This document shows positions 1 through 9,381 of a stretch of 64,000 nucleotides of DNA, one piece after another. Made by a program: the position numbers and the translations under genes. The DNA comes from Ignavibacteria bacterium UBA2360 (lineage in GTDB: Bacteria; Bacteroidota; Ignavibacteria; Tepidaquicellales; OLB5), in NCBI GenBank assembly GCA_002344125.1, contig DDTQ01000010.1, positions 77,683 through 141,682 on the forward strand. Direction: 5' to 3'. Below the pieces are notes generated by a model, which did not search any database, had not been told where the DNA came from, and saw nothing but the letters and a program-made list of their open reading frames with translations. Within the stretch, counting starts at the first letter, position 1. Each line of letters starts with the position of its first letter.

Positions 1-1364
1 CGCAGCTGCTCGAAGGCAGCGGTTTTAAAGTTGAGCGCAAATTCAACCTTGGCGGCTCACTGGTCTGTTTTGAATCACTCAAAAATAATCAGATAGATGT
101 TTACCCTGAATACACCGGCACTATCAGCGAAGCTATTCTGAAGCTGAATGATAAGCCCGGCGTAAGTGAACTGAATGAAAGATTAAAGAGTGAGCATTCC
201 CTTGAGATAACCGGCAGCTTTGGTTTTGATAACACTTACGCTTTTGCCGTTAAGAAAATAACCGCTGAAAAATACGGTCTTGTGAATATTTCTGATCTTA
301 AGGCTCACCCCGAAATAAAAGCGGCTATGAGCTATGAGTTCATAAAAAGAAAGGACGGCTGGGAAAATCTCGCCGCTTTGTATCACCTCAAAATTAAACC
401 CGCAGGAATTGATCACGGGCTTGCTTACCGGTCTCTCGATGACGGCAAAATTGAGCTGACTGATGTGTATTCTACCGATGGAGAAATAAGCAAGTATGAT
501 CTTGTGATATTGAACGATGACAAAAATTATTTCCCTCAGTATATGGGTGTGCCTTTTATGCGGCAGGCAATCGACCCCAAAGCAAAAGAGCTTATCGCAA
601 GGCTTGCCGGCACAATTAACGATAGCCTGATGCGCGCGCTGAATTCACGGGTGCTGTACGAAAATAAGACCTTCGGCGAAGTTGCCAATGATTTCCTGAA
701 AGCAAATAATATGATTTCGGGTGTGGTTGAATACAAAAAAACTTCTGCAGCTGATGAAATTCTGCAAAAAACTCTGAGGCATTTGCAGATCACTTTCCTG
801 TCTCTGCTGCTTGCAATACTCATTGCCTTCCCTGTCGGGGTGCTTCTTTCTGCTCTGCCGGCAATTTCAAAGCCGGTGCTGTACATTGCAGGACTGCTCC
901 AGACAATTCCTTCAATAGCTTTGCTTGCGGTAATGATACCGCTGTTTGGGATAGGGATCGTTCCCGCTGTTGCTGCTTTGTTTTTATATGCGCTGCTTCC
1001 TATAATGCGAAACACTGCTTCAGGTATTTATTCGGTTGACCCGGTTATAAAGAAAGTAGCAGCCGGCATGGGACTCACAAAATGGCAGCGTTTGCGGTAC
1101 GTGGAAATCCCCATGGCTATGCCCGCCATTTTTGCAGGCATCAAAACTGCGGCAGTTATTAATATCGGAACAGCTACGCTTGCCGCGTTTATCGGTGCCG
1201 GGGGATTGGGTGAATTTATTGTAACGGGTCTTGCATTGAATGATACATCGCTTATCCTTAAAGGTGCGATTCCGGCTGCCATACTTGCAATACTTATCGA
1301 ATTTTTGTTCGAAATATTAGAACAGCTTTTAATACCTAAACATCTAAAACAAAAAAATACTTGA
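1..1364 (+). CDS. Osmoprotectant (glycine betaine/choline type) ABC transporter, fused substrate-binding domain + permease; 5' end lies outside the window
   Basis: The frame of ORF 282..1364 stays open back to nt 3 (QLLEGSGFKVERKFNLGG..IDVYPEYTGT..), so the listed Met is internal. The N-part resembles an OpuBC/OpuCC-type binding domain. The C-part is a multi-TM binding-protein-dependent permease (LLQTIPSIALLAVMIPLFGIG, YVEIPMAMPAIFAGIK). Confidence 0.85.
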   Translation, partial: QLLEGSGFKVERKFNLGGSLVCFESLKNNQIDVYPEYTGTISEAILKLNDKPGVSELNERLKSEHSLEITGSFGFDNTYAFAVKKITAEKYGLVNISDLKAHPEIKAAMSYEFIKRKDGWENLAALYHLKIKPAGIDHGLAYRSLDDGKIELTDVYSTDGEISKYDLVILNDDKNYFPQYMGVPFMRQAIDPKAKELIARLAGTINDSLMRALNSRVLYENKTFGEVANDFLKANNMISGVVEYKKTSAADEILQKTLRHLQITFLSLLLAILIAFPVGVLLSALPAISKPVLYIAGLLQTIPSIALLAVMIPLFGIGIVPAVAALFLYALLPIMRNTASGIYSVDPVIKKVAAGMGLTKWQRLRYVEIPMAMPAIFAGIKTAAVINIGTATLAAFIGAGGLGEFIVTGLALNDTSLILKGAIPAAILAILIEFLFEILEQLLIPKHLKQKNT

Positions 1365-1367
1365 TCT

Positions 1368-1691
1368 ATGCAGGCTCTCCAGTTGCTTGAACATAATTAT
1401 CCGCTGTATATCACCATCTGGCTGGTTATAACTGTTTTCATTCTATGGTTTTTCAGGTTCATGACAAGAAAGATGAGAGATACAGATGACAGGCAAACTA
1501 AAAGTTCATTGTTTACCATTACAATGTTCCTTGGCATCCCGCTGTTAATTGCAATTGTTGTCGGTCCTGTATTTTTTCTTATTGGTGATAAAAATATGGA
1601 TTCAGAATACCGCTTCTTATGGCTAGGACTTATATTTATATTTTTGCTGTATTTCCTATTTAAACAAAGAAAACCAAATTCCGGAAAATGA
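1368..1691 (+). CDS. Small integral membrane protein, function unknown
   Basis: 107 aa with three hydrophobic segments. It starts 3 nt after the transporter stop, and its TGA overlaps the next ATG (ATGA at 1688). Confidence 0.55.
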   Translation: MQALQLLEHNYPLYITIWLVITVFILWFFRFMTRKMRDTDDRQTKSSLFTITMFLGIPLLIAIVVGPVFFLIGDKNMDSEYRFLWLGLIFIFLLYFLFKQRKPNSGK

Positions 1692-2158
1692 TAGAAAGTG
1701 AAGATATTCGGGTTTCCGCAAAAGCAATTATTATAGAAGATAACAAACTGTTGGCTGCTAAGAAGGAAGATGAACATGGTTTCTACTACACAATACCCGG
1801 AGGAGGACAGAATCACAGCGAAAATCTGGAACAGGCATTAATTAGAGAATGTATTGAGGAAATTGCAGTCACAGTAAAGATGAATAGAATTCTGTTTATC
1901 AGAGATTATATCGGGGTGAATCATGAATTTCCCGATCATGCCAGAAGAAAAGTCCATCAGCTTGAAATCATGTTCGAAGCGGAAATTATCAGCGGCACAC
2001 CGCAAAACGGCAGTGAACCCGATAACGGACAGATATCTGTTGAATGGCTGCCCTTAGATAAAATTGAAAATTACAGGTTATATCCCAAAGCATTGATCAA
2101 ACATCTGAAAAATTTCAGTGAGTTTACAAATGCAGTTTACCTCGGTGATGTGAATTGA
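1688..2158 (+). CDS. NUDIX hydrolase
   Basis: Nudix box GGGQNHSENLEQALIRECIEEIAV (G-x5-E-x7-REx2EExG-like). Confidence 0.85.
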   Translation: MIESEDIRVSAKAIIIEDNKLLAAKKEDEHGFYYTIPGGGQNHSENLEQALIRECIEEIAVTVKMNRILFIRDYIGVNHEFPDHARRKVHQLEIMFEAEIISGTPQNGSEPDNGQISVEWLPLDKIENYRLYPKALIKHLKNFSEFTNAVYLGDVN

Positions 2159-2160
2159 AA

Positions 2161-2275
2161 GTCACCGTGAGCGTATGTCGCCCTGAGCGCTGTGCCCGCC
2201 TATGGCGGAGACGAAGCAGTCTCATATTTCCACGCATTTTTCAAATTCCCCTCTCGGAAGGGGTGTGTTGTCACT
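2161..2275. repeat. Intergenic GC-rich palindromic repeat modules (CCTGAGCG..GAAGCAGTCTCA type and CCCCTC..GAGGGG type); bounds approximate
   Basis: gtcgccctgagcgc-[ccgcctatggcgg hairpin]-acgaagcagtctca at 2177-2224 and cccctctcggaaggggtgtgtt at 2249-2270. Related copies occur at 8244, 25421, 50504, 54373 and 56472, and at 8167, 18228, 34405, 37721 and 55615. Confidence 0.7.
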
Positions 2276-2304
2276 TCTCTAAAGCGAGCAAGATCATTCT
2301 TAAA

Positions 2305-2334
2305 ACAAAAAACCCGGCAATAGCCGGGTTTTGG
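2305..2334. terminator. Bidirectional rho-independent terminator between the NUDIX gene (+) and nuoB (-)
   Basis: aaaaaacccggc-aata-gccgggtttt: an 8-bp GC stem with an A-run on one side and a T-run on the other. Confidence 0.65.
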
Positions 2335-2359
2335 ATCTATATCAGATTTATAAAATACT

Positions 2360-2869
2360 CTAACTAACCATTTCCTTAACTGACTGGTCAAACAGCTTAT
2401 GATGTGTCTTGCCGATCTTTTCCTGTATCTGCATCAATCCCTGAATCAGTGCATCGGGTCTTGGAGGACAGCCTGCTACGTAAACATCAACCGGAAGGAA
2501 CTGGTCAATTCCCTGAACCACGGAATAGCTTCTGTACATACCCCCTGAGGATGTGCATGCGCCCATCGCTATACAATACTTGGGCTCCGGCATTTGGTCC
2601 CATATTTTCCTTACAACCCACGCCATTTTGTATGTAACTGTTCCGGCCACGATCATTAAGTCTGATTGCCTTGGTGAAAACCGGAATACCTCGCTGCCAA
2701 ATCTTGAAGCGTCATATCTTGATGCCGCGAACGCCATCATTTCAATTGCGCAGCAGCTTATACCCATTGGCATAGGCCATACGGCATTCTTTCTCGCCCA
2801 GCCGATAATATCACTTATCTTGGTGGTAAAAAAACCTTCGCTTTGTAAACTTGAATTCAGATCAGACAT
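2360..2869 (-). CDS. nuoB: NADH-quinone oxidoreductase subunit B
   Basis: [15 protein letters not shown]..., [23 protein letters not shown]: the N2 cluster cysteine pattern typical of NuoB/Nqo6. Confidence 0.95.
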   Translation of the reverse strand: MSDLNSSLQSEGFFTTKISDIIGWARKNAVWPMPMGISCCAIEMMAFAASRYDASRFGSEVFRFSPRQSDLMIVAGTVTYKMAWVVRKIWDQMPEPKYCIAMGACTSSGGMYRSYSVVQGIDQFLPVDVYVAGCPPRPDALIQGLMQIQEKIGKTHHKLFDQSVKEMVS

Positions 2870-2899
2870 ATATAAACCTTCTTTAGTTTCTTTGTAATA

Positions 2900-3268
2900 C
2901 TAGTTCCACTTTAACGCGCCTTTGCGCAGCATATAAAAATATGCAATCAGCAGTAAACCAATGAAAACCATCATTTCTATCAGCGCATATGTCAGCATCG
3001 CGCCCTCAAAACCCGTAAATGTAACCGCCCACGGATACATGAAAACAATTTCAATATCAAATATAATGAAGAGCATTGCCGCCATATAATATTTAATCGA
3101 AAACTTTGAGTGTGCGGTTCCATAAGGTTCAACACCACTTTCATAAGTTGAAAGTTTTTCGGCATTTGGCTTTTTTGGACCCAGTATTTTTGAAACCAGA
3201 ACATTAATGATAGCGAAAGCAACTGCTCCGCCCATCATGATCAAAATTGGTATATAACTTTCTAACAT
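2900..3268 (-). CDS. nuoA: NADH-quinone oxidoreductase subunit A
   Basis: YESGVEPYGTAHSKFSIKYYMAAMLFIIFDIEIVFMYPWA is the NuoA signature. The ATG at 3268 (MLESYIPIL..) gives a typical length; the longer ORF to 3304 would need a TTG start. Confidence 0.85.
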   Translation of the reverse strand: MLESYIPILIMMGGAVAFAIINVLVSKILGPKKPNAEKLSTYESGVEPYGTAHSKFSIKYYMAAMLFIIFDIEIVFMYPWAVTFTGFEGAMLTYALIEMMVFIGLLLIAYFYMLRKGALKWN

Positions 3269-3382
3269 AGTATGCAAAAATAGCAAAATAATAGCTTTAT
3301 TCAAATCACAAAAGTATTACAGAAATTAACTTAAGCAATTTGAATTATTTTGAAAATGTAGAACTAAATATGGGATTTTCCA

Positions 3383-3970
3383 TTAATCAGTATCCTGCAT
3401 GATCTTTTTCGCTCTGCTGCGAAGATTTGCCGGAATGAGTTTGTTCTTGCTTTCAAATAAAATATGAAGCGCCTGATTAATTATCTTATTCTTCCGGGGT
3501 GAATTATCTTCAGCTGCCTGCAATAATTTCTCAATAATTTCAGGCAGTTTTTTATCGCTGTATTTATCCCACTTGCTGCCGTTAATTCTATTCATTCCAA
3601 TAAAAAAGTCCAAAGGGGCAACTTCATTTGTTTTTTTTGCCCAGCTTTCAATATCATTCGCAAATTCCGAGAACAATTCCAATAACATATTGCTGCTATA
3701 ATCTGCTTCATAACTTCCCCCCTTTTTAGCGAGATAGTGACCCGTTATTTCATCTTCATCGCTCATATTATAAAGCATTAGTAAATTTCCGATCCATAAA
3801 ACGCTTCCCGCAAGCACTTCCGGAACCATATTCTCTACCGCTTCTGCTGTTTCGCTGCTGATTTTTTCCTTAAAGCAAAACACAAAATACTTTTCACCCT
3901 GGAACGAATATAAATCAAGCGGTTTGCCGTGGTTTAAATAAACGAACGGAAAAATGTTATCTGTCTGCAT
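3383..3970 (-). CDS. Hypothetical cytoplasmic protein
   Basis: 195-aa ORF with no signal peptide or TM and no motif I recognise. Its start lies 1 nt after the stop of the upstream gene, which suggests co-translation. Confidence 0.6.
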   Translation of the reverse strand: MQTDNIFPFVYLNHGKPLDLYSFQGEKYFVFCFKEKISSETAEAVENMVPEVLAGSVLWIGNLLMLYNMSDEDEITGHYLAKKGGSYEADYSSNMLLELFSEFANDIESWAKKTNEVAPLDFFIGMNRINGSKWDKYSDKKLPEIIEKLLQAAEDNSPRKNKIINQALHILFESKNKLIPANLRSRAKKIMQDTD

Positions 3971-3971
3971 A

Positions 3972-4742
3972 TCAGCTTTTACCTGTTATAACTTTCGTCT
4001 CCCATCCGTCATAAACACCATCGTACTGCTCAGCAAGGTCATAAAGCTCCGCCGTAAAATCCAGCACATCATGGTAAGTGACAGGCAGTTGTTTTGTGAG
4101 CCTTACGCTCAACGGGTAATCTGAATCCTTTTCATCAGTTCTTTCTGAAGACAGCCTGTATCCCATCTTTTCGGCTTCTTTAAGGAATTTCTTCTTTTGA
4201 TCCTCTTTTTTGAAGAATATATAATTATCTACATCACGCGGCACGCTTAAATTATCGCCCTTTGATCTTAAGTTTTCCACCACTCGCCTGTTCATAATGG
4301 TATGCATCTCGTAATTGGTAGGGTAGAGATGTTTGAAGTATTGCTTCCATTTACTGTCTTCTTCAAAATAAACTTCAAATTGATAATCGCTGTATGCTTT
4401 CATTACATCCTTAACGGACTTTTTTACACCGTTACTTTTAGGTGCGTAAAAATAGAAGATCCTCGCCCCGTCGCAGGTTTCCCTTCCTGCGAATATGGCG
4501 TTGAAAGGTTCAATCAGCGCATCCGCTATTTTATCTTCAATCTTAAACAATTTTTCACTTTCTCCGTTTGAAGAAAAACCGTTTTCCTGCGGGTCGTTCA
4601 TTGTGAGAATAACTGTCAGAAGGTAGTTCTTATCTTTAAGCGGAGCGATCCTGTTCAGCCCAAGATCAAGGTATATTGAAGCCTGTGAACCGTCAAGCTC
4701 TGTAAAATAAAAATCCCAGTTTGGCTGATATTCTGTATTCAT
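3972..4742 (-). CDS. DUF695-like N-domain fused to an RraB-like (regulator of ribonuclease activity B fold) C-domain
   Basis: N-terminus NWDFYFTELDGSQASIYLDLGL resembles DUF695. The C-part (DVDNYIFFKKEDQKKKFLKEAEKMGYRL..) resembles RraB-type domains. Both are recalled family resemblance only. Confidence 0.5.
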   Translation of the reverse strand: MNTEYQPNWDFYFTELDGSQASIYLDLGLNRIAPLKDKNYLLTVILTMNDPQENGFSSNGESEKLFKIEDKIADALIEPFNAIFAGRETCDGARIFYFYAPKSNGVKKSVKDVMKAYSDYQFEVYFEEDSKWKQYFKHLYPTNYEMHTIMNRRVVENLRSKGDNLSVPRDVDNYIFFKKEDQKKKFLKEAEKMGYRLSSERTDEKDSDYPLSVRLTKQLPVTYHDVLDFTAELYDLAEQYDGVYDGWETKVITGKS

Positions 4743-4751
4743 AGTAATTTA

Positions 4752-5996
4752 TTATTTAACAAGCATCATTTTTTTTGTATCTGTAAAACCGTTACCTTCC
4801 ATTTTGCAGAAATAGATACCGCTTGGCTTATCGGCAGCATCCCATCTCACCATATAGCTGCCCGGCTTTAGCTCACTTTGTACAAGTTCAGCAACTTCTT
4901 CGCCAAGCATGTTAAACACCGCAATTTTTATATAACCGTTCTGTGCCACCCTGAAACTGATATTAGTAACAGGATTGAACGGGTTAGGGTAGTTGCTGCT
5001 TAACCCTGAACGTTCCGGAACTTCTGTTGATGTATTGCTCAGCCCCACAAATGCTCCGCCGCCGTTAGTAGTTTTTAATATTGTACCTGAATTTCCAACT
5101 GCAAAGCCGGTTGTTACTGAACCGAACTTAAATTCAATTGCCCTAATATGGCTGGTAGTGCCCGTTGTCAGCTCATACCAGTTCGTTCCGGCGTTTGTAG
5201 TTTTGAATATTTTACCGCCAATACCCCCGGCGTAACCGGTTTGTTCATTCACAGGGAAATCCAGTCCGTACAGCGCTCCTGCGCCGGGTATTGCGTGCTC
5301 ATTCCAGTTAGAACCGCCATTTGTAGTCTTGTATATTTTTCCTGTGGTTGATGCGAATCCCGTGCTGCTGTTTATCATCTTCATCGCGTGAACTGTTGCT
5401 CCTGCGGATAATACTTCTGCCCAAGATGTACCGCCGTTTATTGTTCTTATAATATATCCTTTTTGAGTTATATCATCATATCCGCACATGAAACCGAGCA
5501 ATGAGCTTGTGAACTGGATACCATAGTTATAAGAGTTCGCATAAAGATTATTTTCCTGAATGATCCAGTTTCCGCCGCCATTGGTTGTCTTCAGTACAGT
5601 ATCGGTTGATCCGCAGATCCAACCGGTGTTATCATTCATAAAATAGGCTGTATTCCAGAAACGGTTTGGAGCAGTCAGTTTGCTCCAGTTAGTACCCGAG
5701 TTTGTTGATTTTAGTACCAAACCATTACCAAAAGCCCAGCAAGTGGTTACACCTGATATCACCACATCAGAAAGTGAATTCTCCGGTAACGGATATGCTA
5801 CATTCAGCCAGTTTGTTCCTTCGTTGGTAGTTTTGTATATCTTGCCGCCGCCAACAGAAATTATAATCGGCAAAGATGAAAAGCTTGCTATACCATACAT
5901 CGTACTTGTGGTCCCGTTTGTCTGTGGCACCCATTGAGAAAACTGAACTGATGAAATGAATATTGAACACAAAATAAAGAATTTAAATATTTTCAT
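4752..5996 (-). CDS. Secreted beta-propeller protein (BNR/Ycf48-like repeats) with T9SS-type C-terminal sorting domain
   Basis: Signal peptide present. Seven KTTN(G/A)G(T/S/G)NW-type repeats. C-terminus NYPNPFNPVTNISF...GIYFCKMEG..KKMMLVK. Confidence 0.85.
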   Translation of the reverse strand: MKIFKFFILCSIFISSVQFSQWVPQTNGTTSTMYGIASFSSLPIIISVGGGKIYKTTNEGTNWLNVAYPLPENSLSDVVISGVTTCWAFGNGLVLKSTNSGTNWSKLTAPNRFWNTAYFMNDNTGWICGSTDTVLKTTNGGGNWIIQENNLYANSYNYGIQFTSSLLGFMCGYDDITQKGYIIRTINGGTSWAEVLSAGATVHAMKMINSSTGFASTTGKIYKTTNGGSNWNEHAIPGAGALYGLDFPVNEQTGYAGGIGGKIFKTTNAGTNWYELTTGTTSHIRAIEFKFGSVTTGFAVGNSGTILKTTNGGGAFVGLSNTSTEVPERSGLSSNYPNPFNPVTNISFRVAQNGYIKIAVFNMLGEEVAELVQSELKPGSYMVRWDAADKPSGIYFCKMEGNGFTDTKKMMLVK

Positions 5997-6275
5997 TTTT
6001 TGAATTAATTAGATTTTTTTATTGAATTTTTCTTTTCAACAAAAATACCTACTGCTGTCGATGCAATTCAAAGAATGAAAATCACGATTTTGTGCCGCAA
6101 AAAAACATTCCAACGCTGCAATATGGAATATTACAGCTGCAAATGCCTTATTTGCAGTATGTTGCAAATGGAAACAATTTTTTCAAAATTGGTCTTTTTG
6201 CATAAAGGAAAAGTTTTGATTAATGTTTCAGAAAATCGGGTAATCTCTCAATGTCCTTTGATGTGAATATATGCG

Positions 6276-8072
6276 CTAGTTATAGAAACTATCAATCAGG
6301 TCTTTGTGTTTTTCTTCAATTACTTTTCGTTTAAGTTTTAAAGTAGGTGTCAATTCACCGCTTTCAATTGTAAACGGTGTATCAAGCAGCGCGAATTTTC
6401 TCACGCGTTCATATTTGGAAATCTGTTTCTGCAGCACATCAATTTCTGATTCAAAGAAGTTATGTACAATATCATTATCGGTAAGTTCGGATAGCTTTTC
6501 AAATTTAATATCCAGCTTTTTGGCCAGGGCCTCGAGCATATCTGTATCGGGAACGATAATAGCAGTAACAAAATCCCTGTGATCAGATGCGAAAGAAATT
6601 ACCTGGCTTATGTATTCACTCCGCTCAAGATTTTCTTCTATGTGCGTAAGTGAAATATATTTCCCGCCCGCGGTTTTTATCAGCGTTTTTTTCCTGTCGG
6701 TTATCTTAAGCATTCCGTTTTCTATTCTGCCAATATCACCTGTGTGCAGCCATCCGTCTATGATCATCCCGGAAGTTTCTTTCTCATTGTTAAAATATCC
6801 CTGCATAACATTTTCACCCTGTACCAGTATTTCGCCGTCATCAGCTATCTTAACGGTAACATTTTCAAGCGGGGGACCCACTGTGCCGAACTCGTTGTTA
6901 TCAAGCCTGTTCACCGATATTACCGGCGATGCCTCTGTCATTCCATAACCCTGTAAAATCAGTAATCCTATCGCATCAAAAAACTCTGCTGTTTCTTTGC
7001 TTAACGCGGAGCCTCCTGAAATGAAAAATTTTATTTCTCCGCCCGTTCTTTGCCTTATGACCGAAAAGACCTTCTTATCAGCAAGTTTCCACAATGGATT
7101 AGTTTTGTTCTCCCGGTATGCTTTCCCTATTTTCAGCGCGCGTTTTGTGATGGTGCGTTTTAGAAGCGGCATCTGTTCCACTGATTTCGTCAGCCTGCTT
7201 TGTATCCTAGTGAACAGCATGGGTACAGCAAGCACAACCGTAGGTTTAACTTCAGTCATCTGCGCTGCCAGGGTATCAATGTTCTTAGCGTAGTAAATCT
7301 TAGCGCCTTTTGAAAGAGGCACATAGTAACCGCCAGTTCTCTCGTATGTATGCGCAAGAGGCAGGAAAGAGAGGAACCGGTCCTGCGGTACCACCGGGAA
7401 AGAATCAGTGCACTGCTTAACATTTGCCAGAACATTCCTGTGTGTAAGGCACACTCCTTTCGGAACTCCCGTTGTACCTGATGTATAAATTATCGTAAGC
7501 AGCTCATCGGTATTCTGTGCTTTTGCGCGCTTCAAAAAGTACTCGTCCGCAAGTTTATCGCTGTATGCGGTCTTCTCCTCCAGAAGCTCGCCATATATCA
7601 GTTCTTCAAAGCTTATTATGTTCTCTGATGTATGATCTGTTTTGTTAAATGTAATTATCTTTTTAAGGTGCGGCAGTTCGTTAAATACAGCAGATACCTT
7701 CTCTGCCATCAGCTTAGTTGATACAAAACACAGCCTGCTTTCTGAGTGACTGAGTATGAACCTTATCTGCTCTGATGTCATTGTGGGATATACAGGTACA
7801 GTAACTATACCTTCTGTAATACATGCGAAATCAGATACTGACCATTCAAACCGTGATTCCGAAATTATCGCTGCCTTATCACCGGGCTGCAATCCATATT
7901 GCTCAATTGCCCTTGCAAGAAGGTAAACAAGTTCCTTAAGCTTGCTTCCTGAAATGTTCTTGTAAACGGAATTTTTTTCATTTTCATCTTTCCAGTAAAT
8001 AGCGCCATCATTGCCGTATCGCCTGCATACTTCTATAAAGAATTCCGTAAAATTCGAATATTGTATATCCAT
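6276..8072 (-). CDS. Long-chain fatty acid-CoA ligase (AMP-forming, ANL superfamily)
   Basis: AMP-binding motif IIYTSGTTGVPKGV, plus GYGMTE and TGDIG. The ORF is open to 8138, but the ATG at 8072 (MDIQYSNFTEFF) has AAGG upstream and fits the usual N-terminus. Confidence 0.9.
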   Translation of the reverse strand: MDIQYSNFTEFFIEVCRRYGNDGAIYWKDENEKNSVYKNISGSKLKELVYLLARAIEQYGLQPGDKAAIISESRFEWSVSDFACITEGIVTVPVYPTMTSEQIRFILSHSESRLCFVSTKLMAEKVSAVFNELPHLKKIITFNKTDHTSENIISFEELIYGELLEEKTAYSDKLADEYFLKRAKAQNTDELLTIIYTSGTTGVPKGVCLTHRNVLANVKQCTDSFPVVPQDRFLSFLPLAHTYERTGGYYVPLSKGAKIYYAKNIDTLAAQMTEVKPTVVLAVPMLFTRIQSRLTKSVEQMPLLKRTITKRALKIGKAYRENKTNPLWKLADKKVFSVIRQRTGGEIKFFISGGSALSKETAEFFDAIGLLILQGYGMTEASPVISVNRLDNNEFGTVGPPLENVTVKIADDGEILVQGENVMQGYFNNEKETSGMIIDGWLHTGDIGRIENGMLKITDRKKTLIKTAGGKYISLTHIEENLERSEYISQVISFASDHRDFVTAIIVPDTDMLEALAKKLDIKFEKLSELTDNDIVHNFFESEIDVLQKQISKYERVRKFALLDTPFTIESGELTPTLKLKRKVIEEKHKDLIDSFYN

Positions 8073-8149
8073 ATTCTGCCTTAACATCTTATTAATTGAA
8101 AGCAAAATTACAAATAAATTGTATGATATATTATTCATTTCTGTAAGTA

Positions 8150-8460
8150 GTTGTCAGAATTTGTTACCCCCTCTCGAGAGGGGCGGCAGCCCGAAGGGTT
8201 GACAGGGTGTGTTAATTACTCTACGCTTGCAAATGGATGAATTCTGAGAGAAGCGCTAGCGACGAAGCAGTCTCATTAACATATGATAAGATTGATTGCT
8301 TCCATGCCCAAGGCATGGCAAGCGCTTCGCCCGCAAGATTTTTATTAATTTCTCATTGCCCACAAGAAAATTACGCAGTAATTCTTGAAGTCTGCACCTG
8401 CCTTTGGCACGGCCGCTTTGCGGGATTGATCATTGCCCGCTGATTCCCCCAACAATCAAC
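8150..8460. repeat. Intergenic mosaic of GC-rich palindromic repeat modules; bounds approximate
   Basis: Perfect palindrome cccctctcgagagggg (8168-8183); ctgagagaagcgctagcgacgaagcagtctca (8244-8275); gattgcttccatgcccaaggcatggcaagcgcttcgcccgcaag (8294-8340), which recurs at 19887 and, inverted, at 43688. Confidence 0.75.
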
Positions 8461-8549
8461 ATTTTTTTTCCGCCCAAAACCATACTTTATTAATTGTTAA
8501 TATTACCTTAGACCGCTAAATTGCGCTCATTAATTATACGGAGGCGGAA

Positions 8550-9296
8550 TTGAAACCTATTCTTTTTGCATTAATACTATTCTCATCTATAAATATTTAT
8601 TCACAGGTTGTAAATATTGAATCCAGAAGAATGCGTACCGATACTACGGGCTGGACGGGTTCTGCCGAAGGCAGCTTTCAGCTTTCAAAGGCTGTAGATG
8701 AAATATATGATTTCGGGGCATTGCTGCATATGCAGTATAAAGGGAAAAATGATCTTTGGCTTTTTTTGAATGAAGCAAGGATTATCAAAGGAGCGGGAAC
8801 CCAGTTCATCAATGCGGGCTTTGCGCACATACGGTATAACCGTAAGGTCACCAAAGAACTGCTTCGCTGGGAAGTTTTCGCGCAATACCAGTATAATAAA
8901 GCCCTTGAAGTAGGGCAGAGGGTACTTGCTGGAACGGGTCCGCGTATCAAAATTATTGAATCTGATATTTTCCGGGCATACGCCGCTGCGCTTTATATGT
9001 TTGAGTACCAGGAATCTGTGGATAAACTTATTATTGAAAGGAACCACCGGACAAGCAACTATCTTTCTATGACACTTGAGTTTGAAAGGTTCGAGATCAA
9101 AAATACAACTTATTACCAGCCAAATATGAAGGAAATGCAGGATTACAGAATACTCTCGCAATCAGACCTGCTGATAAAACTTACCGATAACCTGAAGTTC
9201 AAAACCGGTTTCAATTACAGGTATGATACCCGTCCTTTCCCCGGCGTGCCAAAAACGACTTATTACCTGAGTAACGGCATATTGTTTGAGTTTTGA
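8550..9296 (+). CDS. Predicted outer-membrane beta-barrel protein (possibly DUF481/YdiY-like)
   Basis: TTG start, signal peptide (..SINIYSQ), alternating amphipathic strands and a C-terminal aromatic residue (..GILFEF). The family assignment is tentative. Confidence 0.5.
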   Translation: MKPILFALILFSSINIYSQVVNIESRRMRTDTTGWTGSAEGSFQLSKAVDEIYDFGALLHMQYKGKNDLWLFLNEARIIKGAGTQFINAGFAHIRYNRKVTKELLRWEVFAQYQYNKALEVGQRVLAGTGPRIKIIESDIFRAYAAALYMFEYQESVDKLIIERNHRTSNYLSMTLEFERFEIKNTTYYQPNMKEMQDYRILSQSDLLIKLTDNLKFKTGFNYRYDTRPFPGVPKTTYYLSNGILFEF

Positions 9297-9355
9297 AGCT
9301 GTTGTTAGCTTCATTTAAATTCCACAGGTTATTACCTGTTTGATTTCATCTAAAA

Positions 9356-9381
9356 AGCTCCCGTAACAGGGAGCTTTTTTT
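9356..9381 (+). terminator. Rho-independent terminator
   Basis: agctccc-gtaaca-gggagct followed by a run of six T. Confidence 0.75.

Noticed and set aside
2155-2367. Small ORFs lying in repeat-filled spacers (2155..2367, 8237..8443, 19791..19985, 37534..37719, 43431..43760)
   Set aside because: They are translations of the dispersed palindromic repeat modules. The same 'peptides' recur in both orientations in non-coding spacers and have no SD or start context.
6276-8138. Full-length 620-aa version of the acyl-CoA ligase ORF, and the 134-aa version of nuoA
   Set aside because: The N-terminal extensions are hydrophobic or odd and absent from typical family members. Internal ATGs at 8072 and 3268 fit the family N-termini better. 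This is uncertain without alignment.
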